Translations under genes and position numbers: made by a program | Notes under the pieces: generated by a model | The model's database searches: none | What the model was told of the DNA's origin: nothing | The model's input: the letters and a program-made list of their open reading frames with translations, nothing else | Shown here: one piece after another, positions 1-8,383 of the stretch | Layout: the number at the start of each line of letters is the position of its first letter | Numbering within the stretch: the stretch's first letter is position 1 | Assembly (NCBI GenBank): GCA_965661285.1 | Contig: CBFIDD010000003.1 | Location: 8,215-72,214 of the forward strand | DNA from: Poseidonia sp. | Lineage (GTDB): Archaea; Thermoplasmatota; Poseidoniia; Poseidoniales; Poseidoniaceae | Reading direction: 5' to 3' | DNA length: 64,000 bases

Positions 1-1
1 C

Positions 2-649
2 AAAGCCTTCGGCAAGGCGTTGTCCTCGATGTACAGCATGTTCGTCTCAAGCGATTGTGCCATGCTGGAGATCAACCCGCTCGTCCGCACCGCTGACGAT
101 GAAATCGTAGCCCTGGACGCCAAGGTCTCGTTTGATGAAAACGCCGAGTTCCGCCACAAGAACTGGGACGACCTGCGCGACCTTTCCGAGGAAGAAGAGG
201 TGGAAATCCGGGCCAAAGAAACCGGCCTTTCCTACGTCAAACTCGACGGCAACATCGGCTGCCTGGTCAACGGCGCAGGATTAGCCATGGCCACCATGGA
301 CGTCATCAAACTCTACGGTGGCGAGCCGGCCAACTTCCTCGACGTCGGTGGCGGCGCCAACGAAGAACAGGTCAAGACCGCCTTCTCCATCATCCTTGAG
401 GACCCCAACGTGAAGGGCATTCTCGTCAACATCTTCGGCGGCATCATGCGCTGTGACATCATCGCCCGTGGCGTGATTGCCGCAACCGAAGCCCTCTCGC
501 TCGACGTCCCGCTGGTCGTCCGATTGGCGGGCACCAACGTGGACGAAGGCAAGGCCATCCTCGCCGAGTCAACCCTGAACATTCACCCCGCCGACGACCT
601 CGCCGAAGGGGCGCAGAAAATTGTTGAACTCATCGGAGGTGTTGCTTGA
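2..649 (+). CDS. sucC: Succinyl-CoA synthetase (ADP-forming) beta subunit, C-terminal part. The 5' end is truncated by the window start.
   Basis: The frame is open from the window start. The C-terminal CoA-ligase domain is recognisable ([25 protein letters not shown]). The stop overlaps the sucD start (TGATG). Confidence 0.85.
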   Translation, partial: KAFGKALSSMYSMFVSSDCAMLEINPLVRTADDEIVALDAKVSFDENAEFRHKNWDDLRDLSEEEEVEIRAKETGLSYVKLDGNIGCLVNGAGLAMATMDVIKLYGGEPANFLDVGGGANEEQVKTAFSIILEDPNVKGILVNIFGGIMRCDIIARGVIAATEALSLDVPLVVRLAGTNVDEGKAILAESTLNIHPADDLAEGAQKIVELIGGVA

Positions 650-1572
650 TGGCGATTTGGATTGAAGAAGACGCAAAGGTCCTCGTGCAGGGCATCACCG
701 GAAAGCAAGGCAAGTTCCACGCCGACAAGATGGTCGAATACGGCACCAATATCGTCGGCGGTTGCACCCCCGGCAAGGGCGGTCAAACCGTGGAGCTCCG
801 AGGCAAGCCTTTCCCGGTTTGGAATTCGATGTTCGAAGCCATTGAAGCCACGGATGCCGATGCCACCGTCATTTACGTGCCACCTCCGTTCGCTGCGGAA
901 GCCATCATGGAAGCCGCTGATGCGTTTGACACCGTGAAGGGCGAAGGCGTCGTGGTGTGCATCACCGAAGGCATTCCAACCTTGGACATGGTCAAGGCCG
1001 TCGCCTTTGTTGAAAACCGACCGGGTGTGCGCCTCATCGGGCCCAACTGTCCGGGCATCATCACACCTGGTGAAAAGGCAGGAGCGAAAATCGGTATCAT
1101 GCCAGGCCACATTCACGCCAAGGGCCGCATTGGCATCGTTTCTAAGTCGGGCACCCTCACCTACGAGGCGGTCGCTCAAACGATGAGCATCGACGAAGGT
1201 CAATCCACCTGCGTCGGCATCGGAGGCGACCCGGTCAACGGAACGGGCTTCATTGAATGCCTCGCCGCCTTCCAAGCCGACCCCCAAACCGAGGCCATCG
1301 TCATGATCGGTGAAATCGGCGGCAACGCCGAGCAAGAAGCCGCTGCATGGGCTGCTGAAAACGTCACCAAGCCCATCGTCGGTTTCGTCGCAGGTGCAAC
1401 CGCACCCCCCGGCAAGCGCATGGGCCACGCTGGCGCCATCATCTCTGGTGGCAAAGGAACGGCCGAAGAGAAGTTCGCTGCCTTTGAAGCGGCTGGCATC
1501 GCCTGTGCGAAGGACCCATCCGAACTCGGTGCCGTACTGCTCGAATCCTTGAAAGCCGCTGGTCTGCGATGA
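649..1572 (+). CDS. sucD: Succinyl-CoA synthetase alpha subunit
   Basis: The protein begins [21 protein letters not shown] and carries CoA-binding and active-site His loop motifs ([25 protein letters not shown]). The ATG at 649 overlaps the sucC stop; the ORF track begins at the TTG at 646. Confidence 0.9.
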   Translation: MAIWIEEDAKVLVQGITGKQGKFHADKMVEYGTNIVGGCTPGKGGQTVELRGKPFPVWNSMFEAIEATDADATVIYVPPPFAAEAIMEAADAFDTVKGEGVVVCITEGIPTLDMVKAVAFVENRPGVRLIGPNCPGIITPGEKAGAKIGIMPGHIHAKGRIGIVSKSGTLTYEAVAQTMSIDEGQSTCVGIGGDPVNGTGFIECLAAFQADPQTEAIVMIGEIGGNAEQEAAAWAAENVTKPIVGFVAGATAPPGKRMGHAGAIISGGKGTAEEKFAAFEAAGIACAKDPSELGAVLLESLKAAGLR

Positions 1573-1581
1573 GGGGACTTC

Positions 1582-2862
1582 ATGTCGCTTGACGACCAAG
1601 CGCTCAAAGACCACTACCGAGAACATGCCATTGACCTCTCCTGGCTTGACAAACCCAGCCAACACGTGTTTCGATGGCGAACCACCGAAAACCGCTGGCT
1701 CACCGCCAAACGACGTGTCCGAGACCATGCCACGTTTCTCAAGGCCATCCGCAACAGCGCTCCTCGCGACGTCTACGTCTCAACGGCCTCCTGGCTCAAC
1801 CCGATTGACCTCCCTCGCTTGAGGGACGACCCCGAAATCTACCCCGTGCTCCTGAATCATTTCGTGGTCTTCGACATCGATGTTGCTCCTTTTTCTATAG
1901 AAAATTTGGCCGGGGCCAAATCCATCGCCTGCGCATTGATGGGATGGCTTGAAGAACACGAAAACCTCGACCTCCGAAGCGTTTCATTCTCGGGCTCCAA
2001 GGGCTTCCACCTCATCTACGACGACCCCGACAGGGAGGCGTTCGCCATCGCTGACCCCAAAGAGCGAGAACTGGCCGTCAAGGCACAACGCAAGGCCCTG
2101 CTGGACCGTGTGGTCGAGGCTGGCTTTGCCGTCGACACCAAGGTGACCGCCGACACGCGCCGTATTCTCCGTCTTCCCGGCAGTCTTCATGGCAGCACCG
2201 GATATGCATGCACCCGCATCACCGTTGAGGCACTGAACGGCCCGCTGGAGGACCTGTTGAGCACGCTCTACCGGCACCCCTCGGCTGACGAGATCCCACA
2301 ACGGGTTGACCCACCACCTGTTCAAACGAGCAACAAACCAGAGCCGAAGCCCGCAACCCAACCTGCTGAACCTTGGTTCAAGCTTCGAGTGAACACCCAC
2401 GTGCAGGGGACGAAGAACCGCCATGTGTTGATGATGTGGCTGCCAAAATCGTGGGGTGCCCCGCTCAAGGCCATGGACCGTGCTCTCGAATGGATTGAAC
2501 ACGACAACCTCGGCCCCTGCAGTTTTTGGCGCCACAACAAGCGCGTGCTGATGCTCTGCCCGCTGGCGATTCCTCGTCCAAAACTCGTGAAGATGTACAA
2601 GCGCCGTGGCCTGCCGCTGTCCCAATCAAAGTTGAAGCAACGTGAGCACCAGTGGACGTCGCTAACCCCACCGGAAGTGAACGGCATCGAGGAAGCCGAG
2701 CCGGAATTGATGGGCATGTACGGCGTGGCGTATGAGGGTGTACCGCTGTATTCGCGTCAGCATCTGGAACTCGAACGGCGGCTCGGCGTTCATCGAGAAC
2801 TCCCGGCTCACGAACTCTGCGGCCAGGCCGAACCGACCTTTGACATCGTGTCCATGTCGTGA
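1582..2862 (+). CDS. priS: Archaeo-eukaryotic primase small subunit (PriS-like AEP) with a ~140-aa C-terminal extension
   Basis: The three AEP motifs are present: motif I VVFDIDV (DxD), motif II FSGSKGFHLIY (SGxxGxH) and motif III RRILRLPGSLHGSTG. The gene lies 10 nt downstream of sucD. Confidence 0.6.
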   Translation: MSLDDQALKDHYREHAIDLSWLDKPSQHVFRWRTTENRWLTAKRRVRDHATFLKAIRNSAPRDVYVSTASWLNPIDLPRLRDDPEIYPVLLNHFVVFDIDVAPFSIENLAGAKSIACALMGWLEEHENLDLRSVSFSGSKGFHLIYDDPDREAFAIADPKERELAVKAQRKALLDRVVEAGFAVDTKVTADTRRILRLPGSLHGSTGYACTRITVEALNGPLEDLLSTLYRHPSADEIPQRVDPPPVQTSNKPEPKPATQPAEPWFKLRVNTHVQGTKNRHVLMMWLPKSWGAPLKAMDRALEWIEHDNLGPCSFWRHNKRVLMLCPLAIPRPKLVKMYKRRGLPLSQSKLKQREHQWTSLTPPEVNGIEEAEPELMGMYGVAYEGVPLYSRQHLELERRLGVHRELPAHELCGQAEPTFDIVSMS

Positions 2863-2955
2863 ATATTTATTTACCGTCAATCTTTAATTTTGGTCGTCCT
2901 CAATGGAGTCTTCGGACAATGACACCTGCTTGGAGCACCTAGCCATGACATGCTC

Positions 2956-2986
2956 GGCCATGGCGCCTGAGGACGGCGCCATGGCC
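2956..2986. other. Perfect 12-bp GC-rich inverted repeat (ggccatggcgcc / 7-nt loop tgaggac / ggcgccatggcc) in the intergenic region after the primase gene. It could be an RNA hairpin, a terminator-like element or a protein-binding palindrome.
   Basis: Direct reading: 2956-2967 is the exact reverse complement of 2975-2986. Confidence 0.5.
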
Positions 2987-3026
2987 ACTCTTCATTGGAG
3001 GGAGCCACACATTCGAATCGGAGGGT

Positions 3027-3815
3027 TTGACACTGCTTGACCCAAACGACCGGAGAGGTCGGTCTCACGCTGGGGCACGAAAATTTAATGTCGCTGCAAA
3101 ACTGTTTTTGTCTGTAATCATTGCGCTGGCCGGCCTCCCTGTGTTGGTCATCGGGTTCATGATAAGCGCTGTTGAGCCCATTCTCATCGGAAGTTGCTTC
3201 TTTCTTCCACTTGCGCTCACAATATTCAGCATCCTTCGAAAAGAAGGAACTGAGTTGTTGCAGGATCCAAACAGTATGTTGAACCGGCCGGTAGGAGGAG
3301 GAAGAAAGGGCCCCGCGATGGGGAGCATGCCCGTACAGATGGCTGGACGAGGGTCAAGACTTGACCGATACCAGTCGGTCATGTTCAGATTGCGACTGGC
3401 GCCCACCAGTGGCCAAACGACGACATCGCTCATGGTGCAACACAAACACTGGTTCAACGGGGGCGAGAAAGCCGCACGCGCCTTTTTCAATCATCCACAA
3501 GTCGTCAAGGCCCTTGATTTGGGTGGCAACAACGACACAACCCCCAAGAACACCAAGGCCTCATCAAGACCACGGAAAACAGCACGAAGGAAGGCCAAAC
3601 CAGCAGGAAAAACGACCGATTTGAACAACGACGCCTTTTGGGGAAACCTTGAGCAAAAGGCTGCCAGCTCCGTTCCTGCGGCCGATGGTGAGTGCGGCAT
3701 GGTTCAATGTTCCAACGAAGTCAATGCCTTCAGCTTCCAGTGCTTCGAATGCCGTCGTCGAATTTGCGCCTCTTGCGGGAACAACGGTGTGTTGTGCCAT
3801 ACGTGCGCCTCATAG
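3027..3815 (+). CDS. Hypothetical membrane protein with two predicted TM helices, a basic K/R-rich linker and a C-terminal Cys-rich zinc-ribbon-like tail (CGMVQC...CFECRRRICASCGNNGVLCHTC)
   Basis: The ORF starts with TTG; a later start is possible. Hydrophobic segments LFLSVIIALAGLPVLVIGF and ILIGSCFFLPLALTIFSIL support the TM helices. Its 3' end overlaps the helicase 3' end convergently. Confidence 0.4.
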   Translation: MTLLDPNDRRGRSHAGARKFNVAAKLFLSVIIALAGLPVLVIGFMISAVEPILIGSCFFLPLALTIFSILRKEGTELLQDPNSMLNRPVGGGRKGPAMGSMPVQMAGRGSRLDRYQSVMFRLRLAPTSGQTTTSLMVQHKHWFNGGEKAARAFFNHPQVVKALDLGGNNDTTPKNTKASSRPRKTARRKAKPAGKTTDLNNDAFWGNLEQKAASSVPAADGECGMVQCSNEVNAFSFQCFECRRRICASCGNNGVLCHTCAS

Positions 3816-6581
3816 GTAGAGGCTCTTGCGGTGAAGCGTCGCCTCAGGGGTCATGCCGCTGGCTTGGACCTGTTCGAGGCGGAATTTCCCTTCTTTGTTG
3901 TGCGCATAGAAGAGTTCGCTCTCGCTGAATTTCTCGTCCCAATGTCGTTTGAACACCTCGGCCTTCGCCTTCGAACTGGCAAGGGCCGACGGTACGTTGT
4001 GAAACATCACCAAATGTTGACGATGCGGGCGGATGTATTTCGCCAACACCTCGGGAAGCAATCTCGTGAGCCACGTCTCATAAGGGAACAGCGCCGCTCG
4101 GGAAATCACGTACCTCGGGTTCTCAAGTGGTGAGAGCACCTCTTCGAGACACTTCGAAAAGAGGGTGGCTTCTTCTGCTGTGGAATTCGCAAGGTGCATT
4201 CGAATCCAGCCCCCTCCTCGGTCTCCACCTGCCGCCTCAGTAGCTGGCGCCAACTGGTTGGTTTCAATGAGCGCACTCACAATGACCTCGCTGATGGCAA
4301 TGGTCAGCGATTCATCGTTCCAAGGGCTACCGGGTTCGGACATACCGATTCCCTCACTCGGGGCCAGTTTCTTTTCCACGGCATCCTTGGGTTTGGCGTT
4401 GAACGGCTGGCCGATACCCCAGAGCTCACGAGTCCGAGCGCGCATCTTGGACCGCTTCAACATCTCTTCGTTGAACATCGCCATGCCCTCGTGAACCCCG
4501 ATCGGTTTGGCGCTCACGAACGCCGGGTGAACGTGGCCTGGGCCCTTCTCAATGGCGCCGTCATCGCCGACCCCGTACAGCTGCTTGTGTTTTCGTTTGA
4601 AGCGTTTGTAATCACTGAAACCTGAATCAAATTCATCGGCCAGGCAAATGACGTCCCAGTTGTTGGCCACCTTCTCGGGCCAATGTTTGTCCAAACGAAT
4701 GCTGCGGCCTCGAAGTTGGTTGATGCTCATGTTCGTGGTCACGGACGTCAGGTCGATCAGCACGTTGATGCGCGAAGCGTCCCATCCCTCGCCCATGAGC
4801 CCACGCGTACCGATGAGACATCGAGTGAAACCTTCTTGGAAAAATTCGGTGATCATGGTGGAATAGTGACGTGGCACCCAGTCCTTTCCTGAACCGGAAA
4901 TCTCGTGGTAGCGACCCGAGACCACATCGCTGAGATTTATTTTCAAACGGCGTTCTGCAATCCATGCTCGCGCTTTTTCAAGAAAGGCCTCTGCCAAGTC
5001 GTCGTCCACCAACACGGTGCTGCCCGTCATCAAGATGGGGTCGAGCATGTCACCGGCCGGGCACGCGACCAAGTGGCGGAAGGCGGCGACGGCCCCCCCG
5101 GCCTCTTCGTCAAGCACATCGTCGACGAGCAATGTTGAGGAGGTCTTCTCAAAATCAGTGATCACCACGGCTCGAATGATGTTGCCGAGGTTTTGCATTT
5201 CTTCTCCGAGGATGGTGCTCAGCGCTTCGCATTTGGCGTTACTGTAGGCAAGAATCCGGTTGATGGGGGAGGCGCATTGTTGCCAGCCGGTTTCTGTGAT
5301 TTGCCACCCAAGCAAGCGGTAGTGAAGAGCGGTGCGCTCGGCTTTGGCTTGGTCGTTGGTGTTGCTTGACAGACGCAGCCCAAGACGAACATACTCTGAG
5401 ATGATATGCACTAACGTATCGCTGCGGTGATTTGTTGTAAACTCCAGGCCGTGGTCCCCCTTGAGCTGCTCGTCCGAGAGGGGAGGAACACCAGGTGGTA
5501 GGTCCCTGCCTTGAATCATCAAATATTCTCTGTGAATTTGACGAATGTGGCGTTGTTCCCTTTCGGTGTGCTCGTGCCAAGGGTAAGCCTGGAGTTCTTG
5601 TTCAATCCACTCGGTCAGCGGCAGGATGGCGCCTTCACCTTCCGAGGACTCGTTGAGTTGGTCAACGATGCTGTCGAAGGTCTCGTTCACGTCTCGGATA
5701 AACTCAAATTCCTTTCGGGCAGGTCGGACGAAATAGCACAGGTCCTGGTAGGGTGCAAGGTTCGAGTCCCTTACCAGTGCGGGAACCGGTACCTCGTAGT
5801 CAATCTCACCTAGGAAATCCATGTACCGCTCCGCATCCTCGTCCTTAGCACCATCAAGATCCGGCGGCGTTGCAGTGAGGCCAAGGACGATGGGGTCGTC
5901 AAAGAATTCTTTCAGTTGATGAAGCACTCGGCCCCAATGGTGGAGCAGGTGATGACACTCGTCGAGAATGATGAGCCCGATGCCGGCCTCTTTCAGTCGA
6001 AGCAGCGTTGTGCGCGAAGATTCATGCAAGGTCCAGAGAGCATTGCCGTTCTTTGCGTAGTCATCCCGGACCTTCTTTCTGTACACCTTCAAGCGCTGGC
6101 CAAAATAGGTTGGATTCTTCTCTTCCAAGTCGGCAATCCATGTCTCAGCTGAAGAGATGTCGCTCGCCTCCTCTTTTTCCACCAACTTTTCCGCCCACAG
6201 CATCAAGGCGGATTCATCCAAACCCTCGCCGCCACGTTTTGGCATGGTCACCGATTGGTAGGTCAGTGAGGTCAACAAGCCGGGTCGCTGCGGGTCAATG
6301 CTGACTTGGTCATCCTTCCCGTCGAGGTCGAACAGGTCGGTTCGGGCGGCCCACTGCGCTTGAATCGCAGAGTTGGGCGAGAGGACCAGGGCCGGTTTGC
6401 GGACCAAGTCCGCCCAGACATAGAGCCCAAGCACGGTTTTGCCTGAACCCGGCGGGGCGACGATGTGCAGCCGTTTTTCGTCTGCATTGAGTTGGGGTTG
6501 AATGACCGAGACAGCCGCAACCTGCGAGGGACGAAGTGTACCGTCGAATCGAATGTTCCCAAAGTCGGCTTCGCCGCTCAA
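3810..6581 (-). CDS. Superfamily-2 DEAD/DEAH-box helicase (type III restriction Res-subunit/XPB-like core) with a long inter-domain insert and a ~300-aa C-terminal region of unknown function
   Basis: The helicase motifs are Walker A APPGSGKT, motif II ILDECHHL, motif III LGLTATPP, helicase-C motifs IGTRGLMGEGWDASRINVLIDL and motif VI QLRGRSIR. The start codon is TTG. It lies 12 nt downstream of the Zn-ribbon repeat gene on the same strand. Confidence 0.7.
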   Translation of the reverse strand: MSGEADFGNIRFDGTLRPSQVAAVSVIQPQLNADEKRLHIVAPPGSGKTVLGLYVWADLVRKPALVLSPNSAIQAQWAARTDLFDLDGKDDQVSIDPQRPGLLTSLTYQSVTMPKRGGEGLDESALMLWAEKLVEKEEASDISSAETWIADLEEKNPTYFGQRLKVYRKKVRDDYAKNGNALWTLHESSRTTLLRLKEAGIGLIILDECHHLLHHWGRVLHQLKEFFDDPIVLGLTATPPDLDGAKDEDAERYMDFLGEIDYEVPVPALVRDSNLAPYQDLCYFVRPARKEFEFIRDVNETFDSIVDQLNESSEGEGAILPLTEWIEQELQAYPWHEHTEREQRHIRQIHREYLMIQGRDLPPGVPPLSDEQLKGDHGLEFTTNHRSDTLVHIISEYVRLGLRLSSNTNDQAKAERTALHYRLLGWQITETGWQQCASPINRILAYSNAKCEALSTILGEEMQNLGNIIRAVVITDFEKTSSTLLVDDVLDEEAGGAVAAFRHLVACPAGDMLDPILMTGSTVLVDDDLAEAFLEKARAWIAERRLKINLSDVVSGRYHEISGSGKDWVPRHYSTMITEFFQEGFTRCLIGTRGLMGEGWDASRINVLIDLTSVTTNMSINQLRGRSIRLDKHWPEKVANNWDVICLADEFDSGFSDYKRFKRKHKQLYGVGDDGAIEKGPGHVHPAFVSAKPIGVHEGMAMFNEEMLKRSKMRARTRELWGIGQPFNAKPKDAVEKKLAPSEGIGMSEPGSPWNDESLTIAISEVIVSALIETNQLAPATEAAGGDRGGGWIRMHLANSTAEEATLFSKCLEEVLSPLENPRYVISRAALFPYETWLTRLLPEVLAKYIRPHRQHLVMFHNVPSALASSKAKAEVFKRHWDEKFSESELFYAHNKEGKFRLEQVQASGMTPEATLHRKSLYL

Positions 6582-6593
6582 GGTTCAATCACC

Positions 6594-8261
6594 TCATCGG
6601 CCGGGCGGACCTCGTTTTGGACCGCCGGGGGGACCCTTCTTTTTGGGGCCGGGAGGACCTCGTTTTGGGCCGCCGGGGGGACCCTTCTTTTTGGGACCGG
6701 GAGGACCGCCAGGGCCGCTCTTCTTCGGACCGCCGGGGGGACCGCCAGGGGGACTGCTTTCCTTCGGACCGGGAGGACCGCCGGGACCGCCTTTCTTCGG
6801 ACCGCCGGGGGGACCCTTCTTTTTGGGACCGGGAGGACCGCCGGGACCGCCTTTCTTAGGACCGCCAGGAGGACCGCTCTTCTTCGGGCCGGGAGGACCG
6901 CCAGGACCGCCTTTCTTCGGACCGCCGGGAGGGCCCTTCTTTTTGCGACCGGGAGGACCGCCAGGACCGCTTTTCTTCGGACCGCCGGGAGGGCCCCTCT
7001 TCTTCGGGCCGGGTGGGCCGCCGCTCTTCTTTGGACCCGGGGGGCCGCCTTTCTTCGGGCCGGGTGGGCCACCCCGCAAAGGAGCCGGTTCGTCTTCTTC
7101 CTCCTCTTCGTCTTCGAACATGGCACCGCAGTGTGGACAGACCGGGTCGCTTTCCTTCACCAGACCATCACAGATTTCACAAGCAAACATTTCCTCATCT
7201 GAGGCTTCTTCACCAATCTTCTCTGTTTTCCCGTCCTTTGAGCGGAACATGGTGATGCTGCAGGATAAATCAAAACCTTTCAGCGCGAGTTCGGTTTGAA
7301 TGGCGTGCTCAAAGGCTTGAGTGAGATCGTCGGGCGAGTCCAAAACACGCCCATCATCCACATACGTGATGTTGACCTCAAACAGGTCGTCGGCCAATTT
7401 TGTTTGAGGCGCCTCTACGGCAACCCCTCGCTTCCGAGCAACACGGCGAACGGCGACCTCGGAAATGCGGCGTAGAAGGGCTTCATTTGGAGCGTCTTCT
7501 GCGGGTGTACCAAGAGCTCCAGCCATGATGTCGGCCGCAGGATTGCTGGTTTCGCTGCCACGAAGGTGGGCAGGCAGTTCACCTCCACCGAGATTTGCGA
7601 GGACGGAGGAGGCTGGTGACTGGTTCATCGAAAGCCATTGATTCCGACGCTCGTCTTTCACTGCTCGTTCGGCTTGAGCCAAGCGATTCACCATGGCGTC
7701 TGTAGGAGAATTCGCAGGGTTTTGGGCGACTTTTGTGCCCCCGGCAGACAATGGCGAGACATTGTTCGAAGTCGGCAAGGCGCCGCTGCCAATGGACGGG
7801 CCACGTTGGGGAGTTGGCATGTCGTTCATCGGTGCCTGCACATTGGTTGGCATGACGTTGCCATGTTGTGGAGGAAGCTGACCGGGAGGGAATTGGTTTG
7901 GCTGGGCCTGGTTGGGCTGGATTTGGTTCGGCGGGTATTGATTGGGAGGAAATCCGCCTTGAATTGGATGCTGGGGGTAGGTGCCCGGTGGCAGGTTTTG
8001 TTGCTGATGAATCCCTTGTGCCATGCCTTGGAGCATGTCGGGGGGCACCTGCCCCATCTGGTTCATGTTGTTTTCTTGCTGCATGCGTTGTGCCTGTCCC
8101 GATACGGGGTCAAACGAGCGTTGCTGAGGAGGGAAGGGAGGGATGGCTTGGTTTGGTGGGGGGGCGAAGCCACCTGCGACCGAAGTGTCTTGCCGAGCAC
8201 CGCATTCGGGGCAGAACATGCTGTCTGCTGGAATCTGCTCCCCACAGGCATTGCAGTTCAT
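6594..8261 (-). CDS. Low-complexity protein with two zinc ribbons, a Q/N/P-rich prion-like region and a basic collagen-like (GPPGPKK)n C-terminal tail
   Basis: The N-terminus reads MNCNACGEQIPADSMFCPECGARQD. A ~110-aa Q/N/P-rich stretch follows (NQYPPNQIQPNQAQPNQFPPGQLPPQ). The second ribbon is CEICDG...CPHCG. After an acidic EDEEEEEDE stretch come ~160 aa of GPPGGPKK(G/S)GPGGPPGPKK repeats. Confidence 0.6.
   Translation of the reverse strand: MNCNACGEQIPADSMFCPECGARQDTSVAGGFAPPPNQAIPPFPPQQRSFDPVSGQAQRMQQENNMNQMGQVPPDMLQGMAQGIHQQQNLPPGTYPQHPIQGGFPPNQYPPNQIQPNQAQPNQFPPGQLPPQHGNVMPTNVQAPMNDMPTPQRGPSIGSGALPTSNNVSPLSAGGTKVAQNPANSPTDAMVNRLAQAERAVKDERRNQWLSMNQSPASSVLANLGGGELPAHLRGSETSNPAADIMAGALGTPAEDAPNEALLRRISEVAVRRVARKRGVAVEAPQTKLADDLFEVNITYVDDGRVLDSPDDLTQAFEHAIQTELALKGFDLSCSITMFRSKDGKTEKIGEEASDEEMFACEICDGLVKESDPVCPHCGAMFEDEEEEEDEPAPLRGGPPGPKKGGPPGPKKSGGPPGPKKRGPPGGPKKSGPGGPPGRKKKGPPGGPKKGGPGGPPGPKKSGPPGGPKKGGPGGPPGPKKKGPPGGPKKGGPGGPPGPKESSPPGGPPGGPKKSGPGGPPGPKKKGPPGGPKRGPPGPKKKGPPGGPKRGPPGR
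6597..7075. repeat. Imperfect tandem DNA repeat, with a ~60-nt unit in about 8 copies, encoding the (GPPGGPKKGGPGGPPGPKKK)n tail of the upstream gene
   Basis: Units such as ggaccgccggg...ttctttttgggaccgggaggaccgccgggaccgcctttcttc are visibly repeated on the + strand. They generate the spurious overlapping ORFs at 6465-7299. Confidence 0.75.
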
Positions 8262-8383
8262 GGTGTCACCCCCTCGCAGTGTTTGCTCAGGCTACTGTCC
8301 CTAAAGCATTGCGTCAAGATGCCCTCAAATCAGTCTGTCCGAGCCCAAACGGTGTCAGGTGGAAACGAAGGACGAATATCTTC

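Noticed and set aside
583-1728. Long antisense ORFs opposite sucCD and other strong genes, for example 583-1728(-), 1984-2625(-), 11503-12147(+), 31889-32998(+), 35209-35991(-), 37089-37766(-), 47428-48108(+), 51702-52556(+), 60126-61253(+)
   Set aside because: High GC content yields long stop-free antisense frames. Each overlaps a gene with clear family motifs on the other strand, and none showed recognisable motifs of its own.
2961-3044. 27-codon ORF starting inside the 12-bp hairpin (MAPEDGAMATLHWREPHIRIGGFDTA)
   Set aside because: Too short and featureless. It is more parsimonious as a by-product of the palindrome.
6465-7299. Plus-strand ORFs 6465-7202, 6502-7299 and 6536-6859 with repetitive G/P/R-rich translations
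   Set aside because: They are mirror-frame artefacts of the tandem DNA repeat that encodes the minus-strand (GPPGPKK)n tail. The minus-strand gene has the upstream zinc-ribbon domains and an ATG start.
7868-8383. N-terminal 172 codons of ORF 7868-9442 (MEEADREGIGLAGPG...)
   Set aside because: They overlap the 5' part of the convergent minus-strand gene ending at 8261. The squalene/phytoene-synthase homology begins only at the ATG at 8384.
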